From: Sphaerodactylus townsendi | Taxonomy: Eukaryota | Direction of reading: 5' to 3' | Length of the DNA: 64,000 nucleotides | Assembly (NCBI RefSeq): GCF_021028975.2 | Contig: NC_059425.1 | Coordinates: 57,412,001 to 57,476,000, forward strand | Shown: positions 11,370 to 23,830 of the stretch, piece by piece | How positions within the stretch are numbered: position 1 is the stretch's first letter | How the letters are laid out: each line of letters begins with the position of its first letter | Notes under the pieces: model-generated | What the model was told of the DNA's origin: nothing | Seen by the model: only the letters and a program-made list of their open reading frames with translations | Database searches by the model: none | Made by a program: the position numbers and the translations under genes

Positions 11370-11738
11370 TGAATAGCCTAGGCTAGCCTGATCTCATCAG
11401 ATCTCAGAAGCTAAGCAGAGTTGGTCCTGGTTAGTACTTGGATGCAGTGCCGTGGGTATAGATTTTGTTATGGGGTAGGTTCGGTGACTGAGGGCTTTCC
11501 AGCTGTTCCGTTCCATCCATTGTTTCAAGCAAGCCGGACATGTAATGGGAGGGGTTTGAACTCGAGGACCCCCCCCCCCTTACCTACATGCTTGCTTGAA
11601 TGGGAAACCACCAAGACCACCAAAGACAAGATTGGTGGCTATGCAGAGGAAGGCAATGACAAACAACTTCTTTCTTGCTTTGAAATCCCTACTGGTTTGC
11701 CATAAATTGGTTGCAACTTAATGTCACTTTGCACACAC
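11370..11738 (+). mobile_element. 5S rRNA-derived SINE with RTE-like tail, interrupted by a hAT MITE (11445-11594)
   Basis: gcctgatctcatcagatctcagaagctaagcagagttggtcctggttagtacttggatg matches the internal region of 5S rRNA. The insert is flanked by an 8-bp TSD CTTGGATG/CTTGAATG, after which the SINE resumes (ggaaacc...ggcaatg...cttgctttgaaa). Confidence 0.75.
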
Positions 11739-12515
11739 ATCCCCTGATATGCCCTACTTCAATCTTGTCTTTGAGGAAGAATGTGTTACTCCTTATGCAG
11801 CCTCTGTGTTTTGGAAATTTTAACTTTTGAATTCATTGAGCTATAAAAGACACACTTTGCAATCTTTTGGGAAAGTCTTTGCAGAAAAATCTATCAGTAG
11901 TTTAACTCAAAGGTTGTGTAGCTGCACTGGGTACGCTGTGCTTGAGCATGGACCAGTTGCAAGGATTCTTGGCAAGCTGTCATCTTGGGGAATGATTTTC
12001 TCTCCAGCTGGGGGAGTGCAAGCAAGCCTCTCCCTTTGATTCGGATGCCAACATGAAGTCATAGATCAGCTGGCAGGGAGTGGTGATAGGCAAAACACAA
12101 CAGCACATTCTTCCCCTGGGGCCCAACTCAGATTTATCACCCCAGTGACTCACCTAGATTTTATTGGCATAGAGTCCAATGTTCTAAGCTGGTCTAGGAT
12201 GGCTTTGCAATTTGGGTTGCCTAGCCTGATGCCTCCACTTCAAATCGGTCAGTGACAGAATGTCAGATTAAATTCGTTGGGTGGGATTACTCTGCTCAAG
12301 GCCATTGGAAGTTGAATGAGCTTCAGTTGACAAAGATGGTTTTGTAAAAATACTGGGAATGATCAGCTGTCTATACATAAAAAGAAGGTAGAGGGGCCTC
12401 TTGGCCATAGTGACTGGGGGCTTGTGTCTGGCCAAAGCTTGTATTTATGACCTGAGCTGTATCAAGACATAACTGAGCTATTGAAGTTTCAAGATCTGTT
12501 CCTTTTTTTAAACAG

Positions 12516-12624
12516 TAAACATTACCCTTTGTACTCCCTCAACGTGGCCTCCATGTGGCTGAAGCTGGGGAGACTGTACATGGGCCTGGAAAACAGAGTG
12601 GCTGGTGCAAAAGCTCTGAAAAAG
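12516..12624 (+). CDS. SMYD2: SMYD2 coding exon (approx. exon 11)
   Basis: (S)KHYPLYSLNVASMWLKLGRLYMGLENRVAGAKALKK. Acceptor aacag, donor gtattc; 109 nt. Confidence 0.96.
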
Positions 12625-14849
12625 GTATTCTTTTTTCTTGTAAAACAACTGTGCCAGTTATTGGGTTTTAAAAGTCACCTATAGAGATGTTTCTAGCTTT
12701 ATTTGTTGTCTTCCTTTGTTTCTTAACTTTTGTTTGAGGCAGCTGCTTTCATCTTGTTGAAGGAGCAGAGTTTCAGGCTCTCTTCTGTGTACCAAAATGA
12801 TGATTGTAGAACTCTGGATCTAGGCATGGGCCTCTTGCGCCTGTCTTAATTCTTTTCACCGACTCTGCATCTCCTTCAATTAAGGTGGCAGCAAGCAGCC
12901 GTTTGGTTTAATTTGTACATATGGTTTTCTCAACAGGATCCCTTACTGAAAAATCACCCTCAGTTTCTGTGGTTTGTGTACAATCAAGAGCTGTTCAGAA
13001 ACTGAATGTTCTTGGCTCTCATGGTAGCTGGCATATGGCACTGAGCAGATTGCATTTCAGTAGCTAACTTGAATGTTAGTGCATATGGTAGTCAAAATAT
13101 TTTTTTTTTGTAGCTGAAAAACCCTGTGTGTTGGGGTGAGGTGTATAAGCAGGGGATTGGTAAGTTTTGGCAAATGTGGGGTTTTATTTCACACCAAAAG
13201 ACACTAAAAGTGTGGTAACTTACATGTGACAATTGCTTTGTTTAGCCTGTAGATGCCAGTTAAACTATACGTATTAAAGGCAGAGCAGCCAGGCCATGGC
13301 AAAGAGACCTAAGCGGCACTGGAGACAAAGATTTTTAAAAGGCTGTATTTCCTATACAGTTATTCCAAATACAGCCATCAGATGGTTAGTGTTATCATGG
13401 GTTTAGTAGGAATATATATATTTAATATATATATATAAACTGTTTATCAGTGCCTTAATTTTCATTTGCTAAAACTTATCCCCCAGTTAGGATGACTTTC
13501 ATAAACACGTTTGGAGGTATTTGGGATTTTGTCACCCTCAGTGATTTGGTGACATCTACAATCCTGAATACTATTCTACTGTCTCCAAACCAGATGCACA
13601 AGTTAAATAGCACTGACTGTCAGCTCCATGTTGAAAAGGTTTGTGTTTTCCCCATCTTCCCCATTCTGTTCTTTAATCAGTTATTGATTCATAAGTGGAT
13701 GTCTCTTGTCCTCCTACTTCAAGGTGTGTATTCAGGATACCTGAGCAGAGACCATAGTTGAAAAATACCCTGTTTGTGTTTCTGGGTATATTCAGGGTCT
13801 GCCAAATATATCCAGAATTTTTTGGGAAGCTCAAAAAAATGGTCTTGAAATATTTGGGGTTGTCGGGAAGATCAGGAGCCAGTGTTTGTAGGCTCCCGGG
13901 GACTGTTTTTTCCCTCCCTCCTCCCCCTTCACTTCATTTTTGCATCTTGGAGGAGTTCTATGGGTTGCCAGGCTGCTTCCGTCAGTTTCAGGTTTGTCAG
14001 TTTCAAGTGGTGCCTTTTTCATCTTTGCAAGAGTTGCTTTGTGTACTGTTGGCTGATTTTACAGTGTAGCTCATAACTCAGTGCTTGGATTTTTCTCTGA
14101 CATTAGTCTTGTTGAGTTTGTACTGCCACAATGGTACTAGATTCTGCTGGGCATTCTGTCTATTGTCATTTGTTCTGCTAGGCTGGCAACATCGCTCATT
14201 CTTTGCTTGGATTTGTTATTCTGAGATCCTCCAGCTTGACAGTAGTCCTGTTGAGCTTGCACTGCCACTATGGCTCTGGGATTTACTGGGCTTCTGTACA
14301 TTGTTATTCATTTTTCTGGGCTTTGAAAAGCCCCCCCCCCCCTTGCAATCTGTAATTTTAACAGCAGACATTGTCTAGTTTGGTTTTGCTTCTACTTGGC
14401 TTGGCATGGTGGCTTTTGGTTCTACAGGGATTACTGGGTTCTGCAGTGGTTCTGTTGGGGATTGGTTTGTGTTGGTTCTTCCATGGGAGGCATGCCTTGA
14501 GCAGTGATTCCTGATTGCAGGCATTGCTTTTGCTTAAAAGCAGCTTGGAGGTATTTCTCTTTTTTTCCTTCATAGGAAATAATGAAGGATGACTTTGGTA
14601 TCCAGTTCAGGTGCCAATAGAATTGAACCCCTTGGACCAATCTACCTTAAAGTTGGGGGTATTTAAAGGACATGAATCAGCAGCTCTGCTGCAATTTTGG
14701 TCCCTGTACCTTGAAATACAGCCCCTTCCCCAGCCTCCTGGAAAGTTTCCCTATATACAATAATGGACCCAAATCTGAAAACCCTATCAGTATTGGAATT
14801 CAAGGATAATAAATTGGAAAAATACAGGGGTTTTTTCCATACCCCTATG

Positions 14850-14930
14850 CCTATCCCATGACTGTTCAGTTGACTCAGAAGCTTTTGATGACGGATTTTG
14901 TCAAAGGCTTTTTGGATGTCCAAGTATTTA
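14850..14930 (-). mobile_element. CR1 reverse-transcriptase fragment
   Basis: YLDIQKAFDKIRHQKLLSQLNSHGI matches the CR1 RT motif YLDFxKAFDxVxH. Confidence 0.75.
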
Positions 14931-15872
14931 AAGAATGTTAAACGGCTGGTGATACGAAAGATCCCTGCACAGAAGTCATGCTGATTTATTGTCCTTTCCA
15001 CCATATAGACATAAGAGAAGGCCAGTCTCACGTGGGTAAGACAATATTGGTCTGTAGAGGATGGTTAGTCTGACACACTGTAAGGCTCTTCCTTGAGAGA
15101 AGCATCTATACTGCTCATTTCATTATAGCATCTCCCCCTAACTTATTTGTGACTTCGTCAGCAGAAAGGATCAATGTGAGAATTGGACCATTGTCTATCA
15201 TATTCATATTTAAGAATGTTAGCTTTATTATGAACCTTTTGCAGATCAGTTCTACAGTTACAATTCAGAAATGAACTGTAAATCCCAAGATGACCATTGA
15301 CACACCGGTTAGGTGAGGACAAGGGCCTTTATGCTGTTTGTTTTCCAACTTGCTGGGATGTGTAGCAATTAAACCTTCAACTTCCATCTGTGGCTGACTG
15401 CCTTTTCCATCATCTCTGGGTGTTTCTGTAGGCAAAGAGTGGTCCAGGAAGCCCCCACCCTAGGGCAGTAGCGGATGGATGGCTGTGTTCAAGATATGGA
15501 TGGTGACTGCCTACTCCAGTCCACCAACAAATTCCATCTTGTCCTGTGATGGTGTGAATACTGTCTGGCCCAAACTAAGCTTGGAACTGTTCTGTATTAC
15601 AGTAATAATCGGTTAAGTTTGGATAGAAAGGCACATACAATGTCCTTTAACTTTTTTGCTTTCAAAAGGGGCTTGACAATCTCTTGGGATCAAAAGGGAT
15701 GTGTATATAATAAGGTTTGATACTTACAATCAAATGGGCTGTTTTTTTTTCCAATTGGGTACTTTTAAGGGGACAAAAACCAGTCAGAGGTTTCTGACTC
15801 TTCAGGATCCCTGAAGAGAACATTTCATAAACTAAGGCTGTCTGAATCAATTGTATTTTTTTCTTTTTTCAG

Positions 15873-15953
15873 GCAATTGCTATCATGGAGATAGCACATG
15901 GGAAAGATCATCCATACGTTATAGAGATCAAAAAGGAATTAGAGGCCCACTGA
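15873..15953 (+). CDS. SMYD2: SMYD2 last coding exon
   Basis: AIAIMEIAHGKDHPYVIEIKKELEAH*, after a long pyrimidine tract and cag; TGA at 15951-15953. Confidence 0.96.
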   Translation, partial: AIAIMEIAHGKDHPYVIEIKKELEAH

Positions 15954-16608
15954 GTCTTTGAATCTATGCAATCCTTCAACCTTTCTTTAAAAGCCTTGCT
16001 ATGGAAACATCGGGAGTGCTTTGAAAACTGACATGGGATAAAAGCTTTTCTGTAAAATAATTGGAATGACAAACATGTGGTGCACTTAGGCCTTGCCTCT
16101 TGCATTCTCTGAGATTTGTGAAGTAACTTGAGCCTTGACAAATTAATTTTTGAATGTTTTTTTAAGAAGGAAAATGCCACAGTTTCATATATTTAACGCC
16201 TTTGATCACGTGCAGAGCTGACCAGTTCTTGTTCCCTGCAGATTTTAATGTATTATGTATCTTAGTCAGTTAATTAAATTGGGACAACCTTACTAAAGCC
16301 TGCTTGCTTGTTTGCCTCTTAGCTGAGTGCTATTGTGAAATTGCTTTTAGTTCCCAACAAAGTAGGACCTGTGCCCTATTAGGGTTTTTTTTAAAAAAAA
16401 TAACTTTTGTTTGTGAGCACTTGTGAACTCTCAAGCCAACATGTGGTATGAACTTTGCTCTTGCTTACAGTATGCCTCTCAAGTATAAAATCTCAGGTTG
16501 ATTGTCCAATTTATGTTAAGAGTGTCCCTGCAAAGCTAGTGAATATGCTGCCTCGTAGCCAATGTATGGAATATCTGTATGTTTCTAGTGTGTTTATGAA
16601 CCTTCAGG

Positions 16609-16614
16609 AATAAA
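16609..16614 (+). terminator. Candidate SMYD2 polyadenylation signal
   Basis: AATAAA about 655 nt downstream of the SMYD2 stop codon. Confidence 0.5.
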
Positions 16615-17777
16615 AAAAACCCTTCAGGCTTGAGGGACTTTTCTCCCATAAGGGAATGCTCACATGTTCACCATTGTCTTGGGTAATAGCACTACATCTG
16701 TCCCTGATCATCAGAAAAAGCTGACAGCTGTTTTATATATACCGGTAGATATTTCAACTGCTGTGCTAGAAACACAGGAGAAAAGACGTATGGGTGTAAA
16801 TTTTCTTGTTTATACTGAAGTCTTTCTTGAAAGGCACACATACACACTGTAGCTCTCTCGGTTTTAAAATCCTGAGATACTTCATAATGGATCTTGGATT
16901 TTCAGCGCTACCTGATATAATGGAATTTTATATGAAAGGGGTTCTTCAGAATTAAATACATTTAAAAACAATGCTAACCAGCTAAAATAGTGTGGAAAAG
17001 CCATGTGTGGTGGCCTTTGGTAATGGAGAAGGATCACGTTTTTCCCTAAAGAGGTGGTTGTGGAAGTGAGTTTCTCCATAAGTGGGGATAGATAGCCTTA
17101 CTGTGGATTCTTAGACATCATCCCTCCACAGTTGGAGGCAGGCAGGAGGAGGCAGGCCCAAATCCATGATGTTTTCCACATGTACCCAAGGATGGCACCA
17201 GCACTCTGAAGGTCCCAGGGACAAAAAGAAGAGCCACCTCTGAAAAAGTTCCAGCTCTGTCCATCTCAGTCAGATCTGCTACTTCCTTCTCTCAAGCCAC
17301 AGTTCTGGGGACAGAGGAGCTCCTACCAGATCCCAGTCTTGACTCAAATAGACCCTTCTAAAGATCAAAATAGTTCCTGTATCCTAAATGGACGACACTT
17401 TAGATGCCCCACACTTCTCTGCAACAGCAGCACTTATAGTAGCGCAGAAGAACCTGCAGGTTATGTGCTGAAAGGAGGATCTTCTTTTGAAGACTGATTA
17501 CCAAATCTTCTCTTTTCAGAGGAGAAACTCTTTGGGCCCTCTGATCTCAATGATCTGGTCATTTTCATTTAGAAAAGAGGGTCCTAAATCCAGCAGGCCA
17601 GTTTCAAGCTCCTTTTGTTCATTTAGAGATGCCTTTTCACCACAGAGAGTAGAGATTCAAGGAGCTCCAAATCTTATTGGAACAAGTCCAGGTTCCACTC
17701 CAAATCTTAGATCAGTTCCGGGGGTTTATTCCACCAACAGGAAGTCAGAAAAGAAGAAATTCAACTCTCAGCACCAT

Positions 17778-18317
17778 AATAGGCAGATGGCTGAGCAGGC
17801 CTTTGGCTCTGTATCCAGTCATCACTAAGGAGGGAGTCCAAGTAGCAGACAGGGCTTATCCGCCTTCCTTGGGACCGATTTCCCATATCTCCCAGGTCCA
17901 GAAAGAACAACTGACATCTGCTAATGCTTCAATTCACTGATCATCTCTTGTACATCCAAACAGCAGAGTTGGTGACAGAGAAAGAAAAATTTTCTGGGCC
18001 CTACTCTTCCTTGTTTGTCATGCCTAAGAAAAATCAAGATTGGAGGGTAGTCCTATATCTGAAGCCTCTCAACAGGCTTATGAGGAGACGGCAATTTTTC
18101 AAGGAGTCTTTGCTATCTATTGTAGAAACCCTCCAAGTGGGAGATTTTCTAGGGGTTTTTTTTTTTATTTCTGCCACCTCAGTCCTATCTTATTATGTCA
18201 CATGTCATCCTGTTGATCAACTTAACAGTGCGTAATCTGCCTTGAATCTCTGAAAGGCAAACTATACATAACATAAATAGAATAAATTCTATCAATCTCA
18301 AGGAAGCCTACCTTCCA
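17778..18317 (+). mobile_element. Degenerate DIRS1-like retrotransposon RT fragment with a nested L2-tail insertion (~18152-18286)
   Basis: IGRWLSR...VIT...AY, then a frameshift to GPYSSLFVMPKKNQDWRVVLYLKPLN...ESLLSIVETLQVGDFL. Resumes after the insertion as SINLKEAYL (18288-18314), matching DIRS RT GFYSxLFxVPKK...LDLKxLN...SIDLKDAY. Confidence 0.75.
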
Positions 18318-19750
18318 CTTTCCACTTTATTTAGGTTTAGCAGCCCATCAGCTAGACACCAAGAAAATATTTTAAGAATTAAGAAAACCAGAACAGCATT
18401 TTTAAAAAACACTCAGAAATTATCTTAATTTATGGGTTTCAGAAGTAGCTGAATATTTAATAGCCATTTTGCAAGAAAATTCTCCGTTTGTTTGCAAAAG
18501 TAAAAGAAAACATGCAAAAACAAATTGACAAGGAACAATCACAAAAGAGGAATTCCATCAAGACGCCTTTGCATCTGTGCTGCAGATTGTATATTATACA
18601 GTCTTAATTTATAGCATCTTAATTTCAGTATTGTCAGCATATAAAGATGGAATGGGGATTCAAATTCGGCTAAGTATTTGATTCCTTGATAGAGTGGGTA
18701 ACATTTTGGTCTGATATCTTGTGTTAATAGGTTCTAGTCCTAACACTCGTTTCTTCCCTTCCAAAGAGATCAAAGATGTCAAAGGAGCAAATTGTGTGTA
18801 GTTTTGGAGTCTTACTATTTTATTCCAGCACCCTGTTTACGTTCCAGTCCATCCATCACCCTCCATGAAATTCCTATGAATTGCCTATGGCAAAAAGCCA
18901 TTTTTAACAAGTGCTACCATTCAATCTGTCTTCCTCCCCATGAGTCTTTACAAACCTATGACAGCATTTGTAGCATGCCTCAGGCTCCATGGCATCTACA
19001 TATACCCATGTATGCACATATGAAGCTGCCTTATAGTGAAGCAGACAGGCACCTTTGTTGGTGGTTCTCCATCTACTCAGCCTGGCAGTGGTTCTCCAGG
19101 GACTCAGCAAAGGTCTGCAGGTCTCCTACAGTCAGATGCTCTAACTGACAATACAATTGACTGAACCTGGCTGCCAAGCACTTACTCTGCAATTGAGCCA
19201 TAGCCCCTTATATCCACTCCCAGTAGTCAAAATGAGTTATATGTCCAGGTGCCAATGAAAATTCTGAAGAAGCTGTTTCCTAATCAATTACCAGAAGAGA
19301 ATCCTGACTCCATCAAATTTAGTTCACCTTGGAACATCAATCAGCACTTCCTTGTCCATACTCTTCCTTCCAGAGAATGCGTCTTCACCCCCAGATTGAT
19401 CTGTCAGGAATGAATATCCATGAGTCTAATATGTGCAAGACGCTGGAAGAGACACCTCCCCCAGTAGTCAGGCCAAGTACTATACATCTTTCCTTTTGCT
19501 TAATTAAAAAGAGTCTCCCCCAAATTCATTACTATAGACAACACAACCTGTGGCTCACCAGGCTGATCACAACACACTAGCTACTTGTTGCAATGATCCC
19601 GATATTCCATACACACTCTGCTTTTGGCTGTCTCACAGGGTTAGTGAGCTTCCAGAAGATCTCAGTATGGTTGGTATGCCACACTGGGTCAGACTGATGC
19701 AACTTGCATATTTATAATGCTTGTTTCAACAGTGATAAAAAGTGTCCATG

Positions 19751-19805
19751 TTTATTGTAATCAAACTGGTAAGTAGACAACTGGAATTTGAGAAAAAAAT
19801 TTATT
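19751..19805 (-). terminator. Candidate PTPN14 polyadenylation signals (two AATAAA on the minus strand)
   Basis: TTTATT on + at 19751-19756 and 19800-19805, at the end of an AU-rich, UGUA-rich segment typical of a 3' UTR end. Implies a 3' UTR of about 3.9 kb. Confidence 0.55.
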
Positions 19806-22800
19806 GCATAAGATTAATATAAAAGCTTGGCATAGTCATTTATAAAAAAAACAAAGCTTTGAGTCAGATTTCTCACACTGGAAAAGAGATCTTATTTACA
19901 CAGGCAATGAAAATGTAAAAAAAATGAAATTGATTAATGCTGAAGAACTTACAAAAACAGACCAGAGAACAGTGCAAAAATACTGTCAGTCAGTCGGTTC
20001 TACACAAAACATAAAACCAACAAGCAAAAGCTTATGTACTGATAGAATGTACATTAGTGTACAAAATAGCATGCATAGTTTTTTGAAAAAGGCATTCAAT
20101 AGTACAAAATGGAGCATATGGCAGTCATATTGAATTAATGGAAATAAACATAGTCAACCTCAGTTGTTTACAAAATTTATACATACAAGAAAACTTAAGT
20201 ACGTCCAAATGATGGCTCTGGACTTGAGTCAACAGAGCAAGTACCAGATGAAGTATAACAATATTGTAGCAAAATAGAATTAAGTCCAGTGCTGTAAAAA
20301 TCAATTAAGCATGTTAGTTTCTGTAACACAAGTCATACAAGATTATACAGGTGCAATTTAGAAACATCTGCATATGTAAGCTTTTATGCAAAATATCCAC
20401 AAAAGGATATTTTTGTTTAGAAATTGAGAAAATGTTCCCATCAGTGGTGATTTCAACAGAATTAAGTTGTGTTACTTTAAATACTCTAGCTAATTCTGGT
20501 TAAAAATGGGCTAGTAGCGCAGAAATGGAGCTTGATGAGAATAACAGGGATTAAATTTTGTCCAATTTAACTGGACACTAAATAACTCTGAGTCTGGTGA
20601 GATAGTTGAGGCAATTAAGAAAATCAGTAGATTATCTCACCAGTTCACTATCAGCTCTGACTACTACACTACAAATTCATATCCAGGATTTGTGAATGCA
20701 ACTATCCATGGGGTAAGCTGAAAATGCAAAAGTGGGGGAGCTGTCCAAACTTGTTTGACTGAATCCATTCTGAAGCCCTCTTATGCAATTTCTATCTCTT
20801 TTCGTTTTTGTTATATTTGGAAACATTGAAATGGATCCAGGGATCACTGATGTTCACCAAATTGGAGTATAGTGTTGTGATGCATGAAAACACTTAAGTT
20901 TTTTTATCTCAAGAGAGCATCCTGACCTGAACATTAATTTGCTGGAAGAGCCAGTGTTAGTACAAACATTACTTAGTTGCTTTGAATACAAAGCTATGGT
21001 TTATAATAGTTTATATTAACCCTCAAGTTATACAACACTTGGAAACAGAGGGGCATTCAAGCATTCCATTCTCTTGGTCCGTCAAGTGACAACAATCCTG
21101 GAGGAAATAACAAGGATTGTGTTAATTTGCTCACCTTCCAAGTCCATGACTGATTTCAAGTAATGGTTCAGGACTTCCACTGTTATTCTGGGAACTAATA
21201 GGAAAGCCAGAAAAAGCTGGGTACCTCAGGGGATGTCACCTATCTGCTTCAAATTGATGTTTAACATCGTGGGAGAGAAGCTGATTCCTTGAAACACCAT
21301 AGAAGCCCAAGTCCACAGCTTCACTTCTGGCAACCTATCCTCCAGGAACAATTAGAACCCCCATAACACTATGCCCAGCCAGCTCAGGTAGATTACCTCC
21401 TGTGTATTAATCATATATTTGTATTAATAAAGCAACAACATCCAAACAGAATAAAAAGTTTCAATCTAAAATTGTGGCAAATTAACGGGGAATTCAATTC
21501 CTAGGCTGATTTTTCTGTGTGATTCCTGAAATTGGTTGAGGAATTCCATATCTTGTATATTTAAAAGAACTCTGGCCTGGCAAAGCATCTCTTTACCATG
21601 CAATTTTAAATGTTGCCTTTTATCTTGTGATGCCAAAGTGACCAAGAGAAGGAGATTAAAAATTGTTCAAGATAATGTAACAACTTCTTGCTTAAGATGT
21701 TAACAGACCTTGTCAAGGTCAAGTCTAGTGTGAGCATGTCATTAAAATTTAAACTGCATTTTAATATAAGTAACTTTGAAATCCATCGCCCATGTCAGGT
21801 ACAGCTTCAAAATAGTTGCATATTAGGCTAGCACCTCTTTGGCTCATGAGTGAGCATTGCATTTTCTTTTTTCATTTTGGAAGGTCTGCAATTCTGTGAC
21901 AAAAAGCCTTGCCTGCATGTCCTCCACTTTTGCCTCTTAGCATCTATTATGCTTGCTTATTAAATAATTTTTTTCCCATGCACTTCCAGGAAAGCCAAGA
22001 ATATATTCGTTTCAACTGAGATATCATAATAATCAGACCTTGGAGCGGACTGTTTTCCCCATCCTATTCCCTAACTATCAGGCCAAATGGAACAATGGGA
22101 CTTGACAGCTCTGGGTTCAAACTTAATTCATCATTAGGAAATTATTCAAAAAGCTATAATGAGATAACTAATTTAATACACTTTGCTTCAAGGTTTATTC
22201 CTTGGCCGGCTTCCCAGATACAAAGCGTCTCTGTGCAATTATCACGCAGATGCCACTAAAAGACTTTAAATGGTTGCAGCTAATTTAACAAGAGATATGT
22301 TGGCACTGGTAAGGAGGTGCTGGCCTGAAAACAGGAGTTGACTGAAGAATCAACACAATCTCTAAAAGAACATCAACAAGAGACTGTTCCTCAACATTTT
22401 ATAATGCTCTCTTTTCCTAGCCATTTGTGGAGAGGAAGGGATTTGAGTTTCTCTGTTTCCTTCAGCAAAGTTTACTGTTCCTTATGCCCAAGGCTGTCCT
22501 TGGCTAGAAAGGTGCTTTTAATGTGGCCTAGCTCTACCCTTAGCTTCAGCCCAGCCCAGCCCACTGCACAAGCCAAAGCCCTTTGCTTCAGCATGGCTGT
22601 CTCAAACTGCATGCTCCCAAAGACTAACAGTAAATTACCTGGAAAGCGTAACTTCAAATGCCATACCTCATTGGCATAGGATGCGTTCTCAGAATCAAGT
22701 GCTGGCACTGGGAGTTCAAACACCTGAGCTTAGACAAACCTCATCCTGAGACTTGAAAGGCTGCTGACAGATGGAAGAGATGGTACTGGTCTGGAGGCCA

Positions 22801-23701
22801 AGGAATTTATTCAATATGAATCTGCTTGATAGGTTCATCTGATACGTCACTGTTAATCAGAAGAACAGACTGCAGAGGATGGAATGTGCCTTATAAGATC
22901 TAGGGCACAAATTGCTAAGAAGTTCTTGCAAGTCTCACAGAACTACATAGGAGTTGCCAATGTAGTTCAACTTCCCAATAGACTGTCCCTTAGAAAAGCC
23001 TACACACACTCCCCCAGCTTTGACATTATATATTATATAGTTAATGAGATCTGTTTCCTGAAATAGGTGAGCAGGATTCAACCATAATTTGGTGAACAAA
23101 GATTGATGAGGCACTTCCAGAACACCCCTCCGCCCACCACCAATAAGACTGCTCTTGTTATAACAACCAAATGATGTTGTAGTAATGTAGTTGCATACAT
23201 GGAGGCATTGCTGAATGTTGAAGATTTGCACTTCGCTGCTGCTGTTTACTCATAATTCTAGCTTATTCCATCCCATAATTGTACAGAAATGTACATACTT
23301 TCAGATTTGGATAACATGAAACCTATAGTTGGGTCTTGTCTCCTATTTGCATGTCTTTGAAAAGGATGAAAAACAATGTTTTTAATGAGCCATCAGATAG
23401 GAACATCTTCCCTCACAGTCACGTTACAATGCAGAACAGTCATTTCAAATGTGGTTCAAATCCAAAGTTAAGTTTCACAATTTTTTTAAAAAAATTACAC
23501 ATCAGTTTAAGACAATAAAAAAAATAAATTATCTCATATAAAATAATCTTGGGAAGAACATGGTCTCCTTACGAGTGAGGCAGTTTTGGGAGTGCCACAC
23601 AATACTGAAAGACATGGTTATTGTTGGAGAAGAGATTTGCAAAGCCACCAGGTTGCAGATGTGATGAGCAAAGAGAGCAGGAAGAGTCTCTTCAGGGGAT
23701 G

Positions 23702-23830
23702 CTAGATAAGCCTCGAGTTTTGTAGGAACAGAATGAGCACCTGATAGACAAATTTGTACTGAGCAATGGTTTGGATCATGAACATCCTTTGATCCCTCAG
23801 ATGTTGCAGCATCATTGGCACATCCACTTT
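23702..23830 (-). CDS. PTPN14: PTPN14 last coding exon (approx. exon 19; Q-loop)
   Basis: KVDVPMMLQHLRDQRMFMIQTIAQYKFVYQVLILFLQNSRLI*. Acceptor ttttacag; TAG at 23704-23702; 129 nt. Confidence 0.97.
   Translation of the reverse strand, partial: KVDVPMMLQHLRDQRMFMIQTIAQYKFVYQVLILFLQNSRLI

Noticed and set aside
11385-11444. Possible 5S rRNA gene
   Set aside because: It is partial, diverged, interrupted by a transposon and fused to a retroposon tail, so it is a SINE head.
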